Shown here: positions 59,489 through 64,000 of the stretch, piece by piece | Layout: each line of letters begins with the position of its first letter | Position numbering within the stretch: the first letter of the stretch is position 1 | From: an uncultured Poribacteria bacterium | GTDB taxonomy: Bacteria > Poribacteria > WGA-4E > WGA-3G | Reading direction: 5' to 3' | Assembly (NCBI GenBank): GCA_958296135.2 | Contig: CATQHZ020000001.1 | Coordinates: forward strand, 3,424,001 to 3,488,000 | Length of the DNA: 64,000 nt | Position numbers and translations under genes: made by a program | Notes under the pieces: generated by a model | What the model saw: the letters and a program-made list of their open reading frames with translations, nothing else | Database searches by the model: none | Told to the model about the DNA's origin: nothing

Positions 59489-60106
59489 TTGGCTCAACAG
59501 AAAGCAACCAACATTACGTGGCACCAAGCGACTGTCACGGCGCAAGAGAGAGAACAATTGCTCAACCAGAAAGGCTGTGTCATCTGGTTTACCGGGCTCT
59601 CCGGCTCCGGAAAATCGACGCTGGCGAACGCCGTAGCGCAACTCTTGCACCAGCGACAGCATCACACCTACGTCCTCGATGGCGACAATGTGCGCCACGG
59701 ACTCAACAAGAACCTGGGCTTCTCCCCGGAAGACAGGGCGGAAAACATCCGCCGCATCGGCGAAGTCGCAAAATTGTTCGCAGATGCAGGCACCATCGCT
59801 ATGACAGCGTTCATCTCGCCCTACCGCGCAGACCGGGAGCAGGCGCGCGCCCTCCTCGCCGACAACAGATTCGTCGAAGTCTTTGTAGAGTGTCCGCTTG
59901 ATGTCTGCGAAGAACGCGACACGAAGGGATTATACAAAAAGGCGCGGGCCGGCGAAATCAAGGAATTTACGGGCATCAGCGCGCCCTACGAACCGCCGCT
60001 CAAATCCGAAGTGACACTCAACACAGCGGAACTGTCCCTCGAAGAATGCGCGCAAGCAGTCATCGCGTTCCTTGAGGAAACAGACTTAGTCCCGGCAGGA
60101 CGTTAA
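59489..60106 (+). CDS. cysC: Adenylyl-sulfate kinase
   Basis: WFTGLSGSGKST, LDGDNVRHGL, FISPY, FTGISAPYE. Confidence 0.96.
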   Translation: MAQQKATNITWHQATVTAQEREQLLNQKGCVIWFTGLSGSGKSTLANAVAQLLHQRQHHTYVLDGDNVRHGLNKNLGFSPEDRAENIRRIGEVAKLFADAGTIAMTAFISPYRADREQARALLADNRFVEVFVECPLDVCEERDTKGLYKKARAGEIKEFTGISAPYEPPLKSEVTLNTAELSLEECAQAVIAFLEETDLVPAGR

Positions 60107-60131
60107 TGTCTTGCAAACCTGAGGAATAATC

Positions 60132-61085
60132 ATGAAACTGATTCAATTTCACCTGCCGCAGGTGGGCAAACGGCTCGGGATTGTCACCCGCGAAAACGAC
60201 GTGATTGATGTCACCAGCAAGGAATCGCCGGGCGTGTTAGAAGTGCTTGAACTCGCTTATTACGAAGGAATAAGCCTCGGCGTGCTGCTCGCTGATATCC
60301 AAGAGCAGGTGGCACCCCCCGCGCCGATACAGATTCCGCCACCTCGGGAGGAAGAACGCGACACAGCGAAGAAGGATGGACTCACCCTCCAGGATTTGGA
60401 TGTCGCACCCGATGAGAACGTTCCGCATCTCTTGGCCCCAATTGACGCACCCGAAGTGTGGGGATGCGGCGTTACCTACAAACGAAGCGCGGACATGCGC
60501 GATGATGACAGCGAACAGGATATCTACAGCCGCATCTATCACGCCGACCGGCCCGAGATATTTTTCAAGGCGACACCGACGCGATGTGTCGGCCCTAACG
60601 GCTTCATCGGCATCCGCAGCGATTCTACGCTCACTGCAACGGAACCTGAACTCGCCTATGTTTTAGGCAACGACGGTGAGATAGTCGGCTATACCCTTTG
60701 CAACGATGTCTCCGCATGGGATATTGAACGCGACAATCCACTCTACCTGCCGCAGTCTAAAATCTTTTACGGCTGTTGCGCCCTCGGACCGATGTTCGTC
60801 ACAACCTCCGAAGTCGATAATCCTTACGACTTGGACATGCGCTGCACTGTCCTTCGTGGCGAAGATGTTATCTACGCGGGAAGTGTCAATACCTCCCAAA
60901 TTAATTGGAAGTTTGAACAGCTGACCGGGTTTCTGATGCGGGATAACCCTATCCCGTTCGGCACTGTTGTGTCCACTGGCACCGGCATCATCGTTCCAAA
61001 CGAATTGCCGCTCGCCGCTGGCGATGTCGTTGAAATCGAGATTGACGGGTTCGGCACACTGTCAAATCCGGTTAAACAACTTTAG
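60132..61085 (+). CDS. Fumarylacetoacetate hydrolase family (2-keto-3-deoxypentonate dehydratase-like)
   Basis: EVWGCGVTY, RPEIFFKAT, EPEL, NDVS, NPLYLPQSK, TGTG. Confidence 0.9.
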   Translation: MKLIQFHLPQVGKRLGIVTRENDVIDVTSKESPGVLEVLELAYYEGISLGVLLADIQEQVAPPAPIQIPPPREEERDTAKKDGLTLQDLDVAPDENVPHLLAPIDAPEVWGCGVTYKRSADMRDDDSEQDIYSRIYHADRPEIFFKATPTRCVGPNGFIGIRSDSTLTATEPELAYVLGNDGEIVGYTLCNDVSAWDIERDNPLYLPQSKIFYGCCALGPMFVTTSEVDNPYDLDMRCTVLRGEDVIYAGSVNTSQINWKFEQLTGFLMRDNPIPFGTVVSTGTGIIVPNELPLAAGDVVEIEIDGFGTLSNPVKQL

Positions 61086-61096
61086 GAGGTAGCCCG

Positions 61097-62191
61097 ATGT
61101 CGCTGATTGGGATGCACAAAACCGAATTGGATACACCCGCGCTGCTGGTAGATTTGGACAAAATGGAATCCAATATCCAGACGATGGCGGATTATTTCAA
61201 GACAGTCAATACAGAACTCCGGCCGCACGTCAAAACGCATAAAACGCCGCTCCTCTCGCATAAACAGATTGCCGCCGGTGCTATCGGCGTTACCTGCGCG
61301 AAACTGGGCGAAGCGGAAGCTGTCATTCACGCAGGCATCCGAGACGTGCTGGTGGCCAACCAGATCATCGGCACGCAGAAGATAGCGCGCCTCGTCAATC
61401 TTGCCAAGCAATCTGACATCATGGTGGCCGTGGATAACGCACAGAATGTGACAGACATTTCAGCGGCGGCGCGGGCGAAAGGCGTAACCGTCCGAATGCT
61501 GATAGAGGTGAACACCGGTATGAACCGCTGCGGCGTTGAACCCGGGCAACCGACGTTGGAGTTGGCGCGCCATATCCTCCGCGCCTCACACTTGAAGTTC
61601 GAGGGGTTAATGGGCTACGAAGGACATACCGTCGCCAAGCCGAACTACGCCGAACGCGATGCAGCGGCACGCCACTCTGTCCAACTATTGGTAGATGCGA
61701 AGCACTACCTTGAAAAGCAAAGCATCGCCGTACCAATCATGAGCGGCGGCGGCACCGGCACATTTAACATCACCGGGAGCATTCCTGAGATGACAGAGGT
61801 GCAAGCCGGTTCCTACATCTTCATGGATGCAACCTATCGCAACGTTGAAGGTGTCGGTGAACACTTTCAATGCGCCTTGACTGTCTTGGCAACCGTCGTC
61901 AGTCGTCCCGCGCCAGACCGGGTTATCGTGGACACCGGCATGAAGGTGCTTGCTAAAGAGTTCGGTATGCCTCAGCCTGTCGGGATGAATGGGCTTGAAA
62001 TGGTAGGGCTTTCCGAAGAACACGGAAAGATGAACGCCGACGCAAGCGTATCCCTCACACCAGGGGATAAACTCGAAATTTTACCCACGCACTGCTGCAC
62101 CACGGTGAACCTCCACGACAGATACTGCGGCATCCGCGATGGAATTGTCGAGTCCGTGTGGGACATCACGGCGCGCGGCAAAGCACAATAA
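61097..62191 (+). CDS. DSD1/D-threonine aldolase family PLP enzyme
   Basis: [33 protein letters not shown]. Confidence 0.92.
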   Translation: MSLIGMHKTELDTPALLVDLDKMESNIQTMADYFKTVNTELRPHVKTHKTPLLSHKQIAAGAIGVTCAKLGEAEAVIHAGIRDVLVANQIIGTQKIARLVNLAKQSDIMVAVDNAQNVTDISAAARAKGVTVRMLIEVNTGMNRCGVEPGQPTLELARHILRASHLKFEGLMGYEGHTVAKPNYAERDAAARHSVQLLVDAKHYLEKQSIAVPIMSGGGTGTFNITGSIPEMTEVQAGSYIFMDATYRNVEGVGEHFQCALTVLATVVSRPAPDRVIVDTGMKVLAKEFGMPQPVGMNGLEMVGLSEEHGKMNADASVSLTPGDKLEILPTHCCTTVNLHDRYCGIRDGIVESVWDITARGKAQ

Positions 62192-62204
62192 TAAGGAGAT
62201 TTGC

Positions 62205-62519
62205 ATGATAACGACAACCACACACAACATTGAAGGACGGCAGATTACGGAATACCTCGGCATCGTGACCGGGGAAGCCATCATGGGCGCGAACGTTTTT
62301 CGCGATTTCCTCGCCGGAATTACCGACTTAGTCGGCGGCCGGTCTGGAACCTACGAGAGCAAACTCGCCGATGGACGTGAAACGGCCCTTCGCGAGATGC
62401 AACAATTCGCGCAGCAACGCGGCGCACACGCTGTTGTCGGCGTTGACATTGACTACGAAGTCATCGGTGACAGCATGTTGATGGTGAGCGCAAGCGGCAC
62501 CGCCGTTAAAGTTCAGTAA
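62205..62519 (+). CDS. ybjQ: UPF0145/YbjQ family protein
   Basis: [32 protein letters not shown]; AAGGAG RBS before ATG 62205. Confidence 0.92.
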   Translation: MITTTTHNIEGRQITEYLGIVTGEAIMGANVFRDFLAGITDLVGGRSGTYESKLADGRETALREMQQFAQQRGAHAVVGVDIDYEVIGDSMLMVSASGTAVKVQ

Positions 62520-62619
62520 GCGAGAAGTGACTGCAGATTCTCGCGCACGGGAGGATGTCTATATCCTCCCGCCGCCACAGAAAATGACAGCCCCCGCACC
62601 ATCTACGAGGAAACGCAGC

Positions 62620-63786
62620 ATGAAAAAATGGAAAATCTTTTGTCTCACATGCCTTCTCGCCTCCGTTATCCTAACGGTTTGGCGCGCAGAAGGCTACATC
62701 AAACGACGTTATACCGTCGAACAAATCGTTGAAGAATGCTCCAACATCGTCTTCTGCACCGTGACAGAGATGAACGCCAAACGGCTAACGGTGAAACTCA
62801 AGGTGGAAAAGAACCTCAAAGGCCAGAGCGAATTTGAGGTAATCCAACTTCGGCTTGACGTTGGGCAAGCGAACTACCCCCAAAAAGTGCTGAAGTTGCT
62901 CACGCATGACACACCCGTGCTCGTCTTTTACGCGAAAGAGGGAGCGCGACTCGACAGTTTGGTGCATGCAAACGGCACCTGGTTCCAAGTGAAAGGGCAA
63001 GACCGGCGGGATAAAAGCAAAGTATGGTGGGGACTGACGCACATCGAAAAATATCTGAACGAGAGCCAGTCTTCCAAACGAACGTCAACCCCGAAGTTTC
63101 AGGAAGAATTGAAAGCGATGTTGCGCGAGCAGCCAGCAGCGCTAACAACAAAATTTCCCAACTCGGGCGCGACGCGACTCCTCTTGCTCAGGGCGAACAC
63201 GCACCGTGTTGAACACCAAGCGATTTCGCGCCTTGCGCGCGAACGACATCTCGCCTACGATGATACCGGCGACCGGAGTTTGCCGGGGCTCAGCAGCGCG
63301 AACATCTTGTGGCTCGGCTTCCGAGCACTCTCTGCAGACAAATATCGCCTCCATGCCCGCCAAGAAAAGCGCATCAGAGACTTCGTCAGAAACGGCGGCG
63401 TTGTCATCGTCTCCGGACAAGACAGCGATGAAAATCGGCCCTGTGAGACTGGCTGGCTGCCAGAGCCGCTCCGCGGCGTAGAAAGCCCAGCACGGAACGC
63501 TTTCAAACCGACAGCAGAAGCAGGACACCTCTTCAAGCAACCGAACCGCATCCGTTCCGGGAAAATCGCAATAGACGATGGATGGAACAGGTGGAACAAA
63601 AAATATAAGGTGCTCGCAACAACCGATAACGGGAAGGAAATCGTCGTGGCAACGCTGAAACATGGAAAAGGCATGTATCTCATCACGAGTCTTCACAACC
63701 GAACGGAATCCAACGTCTCTCGCAACAGGGCGATGCTGGAGAACCTGTTGCATTTCGCCCTTGAATTTCTGGCGGAGTCCCAATAG
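62620..63786 (+). CDS. Secreted hypothetical protein
   Basis: Signal peptide MKKWKIFCL; C-terminal FVRNGG / GKGMYL glutamine-amidotransferase-like segment. Confidence 0.72.
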   Translation: MKKWKIFCLTCLLASVILTVWRAEGYIKRRYTVEQIVEECSNIVFCTVTEMNAKRLTVKLKVEKNLKGQSEFEVIQLRLDVGQANYPQKVLKLLTHDTPVLVFYAKEGARLDSLVHANGTWFQVKGQDRRDKSKVWWGLTHIEKYLNESQSSKRTSTPKFQEELKAMLREQPAALTTKFPNSGATRLLLLRANTHRVEHQAISRLARERHLAYDDTGDRSLPGLSSANILWLGFRALSADKYRLHARQEKRIRDFVRNGGVVIVSGQDSDENRPCETGWLPEPLRGVESPARNAFKPTAEAGHLFKQPNRIRSGKIAIDDGWNRWNKKYKVLATTDNGKEIVVATLKHGKGMYLITSLHNRTESNVSRNRAMLENLLHFALEFLAESQ

Positions 63787-63802
63787 GCAGAGGAGATGCA
63801 CC

Positions 63803-64000
63803 ATGAGAAAAATCATTCCAATGCTTTCACTGATGAGCCTCCTCGCTTTGACAAACTTCGCAAGGCCCGCCGAAGCTGTGATTCCCCAGTTGCTCGGACC
63901 GCTGTCAGCTCTCCTCGGCCTGATTCCGCAGATTCTCGCGTTTGTCGGCATTGCGGTTATCACCGCACTCGTGTTTGCGCGAGAGACAGTGAAGATGCTC
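63803..64000 (+). CDS. Partial membrane/secreted protein running off the window
   Basis: GAGGAG RBS; MRKIIPMLSLMSLLALTNFARPAEAVIPQLLGPL... open to the end. Confidence 0.75.
   Translation, partial: MRKIIPMLSLMSLLALTNFARPAEAVIPQLLGPLSALLGLIPQILAFVGIAVITALVFARETVKML

Overview
Bacterial chromosomal window of moderately high GC. The gene content suggests Candidatus Poribacteria or a similar lineage (inference from the C-terminal KLxxxWGxLK-type tails, the DUF1501/DUF1549 cluster, a lamin-tail surface protein, a sulfatase and Uma2). 0-23.6 kb is one minus-strand respiratory supercluster: Rieske, split cytochrome b and an octaheme cytochrome c; a CydA-like (bd-like) module with c-type cytochromes and two cupredoxin-like paralogues; an ABC-2 exporter; and an A1 heme-copper oxidase with heme O/A synthases and SCO. 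23.8-31 kb is a more AT-rich methylation/defence-like island: two tandem ~220-nt structured RNA candidates, a C5 methyltransferase, a GHKL-ATPase/histidine-kinase fusion, a receiver protein, and a type III Mod gene split by a G9 tract. 31-43.6 kb is a PVC-type PPC/DUF1501/DUF1549-1553/WD40 cluster. Its WD40 gene appears to read through UGA as selenocysteine into an HMA domain (GMT-U-GAC, with a SECIS-like hairpin). 43.7-50.3 kb holds two large REP-like mosaics flanking a secreted lamin-tail protein and an ORF-less group II intron-like RNA. The rest is catabolic and housekeeping genes plus a HigB/TPR-fused-antitoxin pair. GTAG-footed palindromic repeats are pervasive and some sit in frame inside genes. 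No rRNA, tRNA, CRISPR array or transposase was recognised. All calls were made by eye, without database searches.
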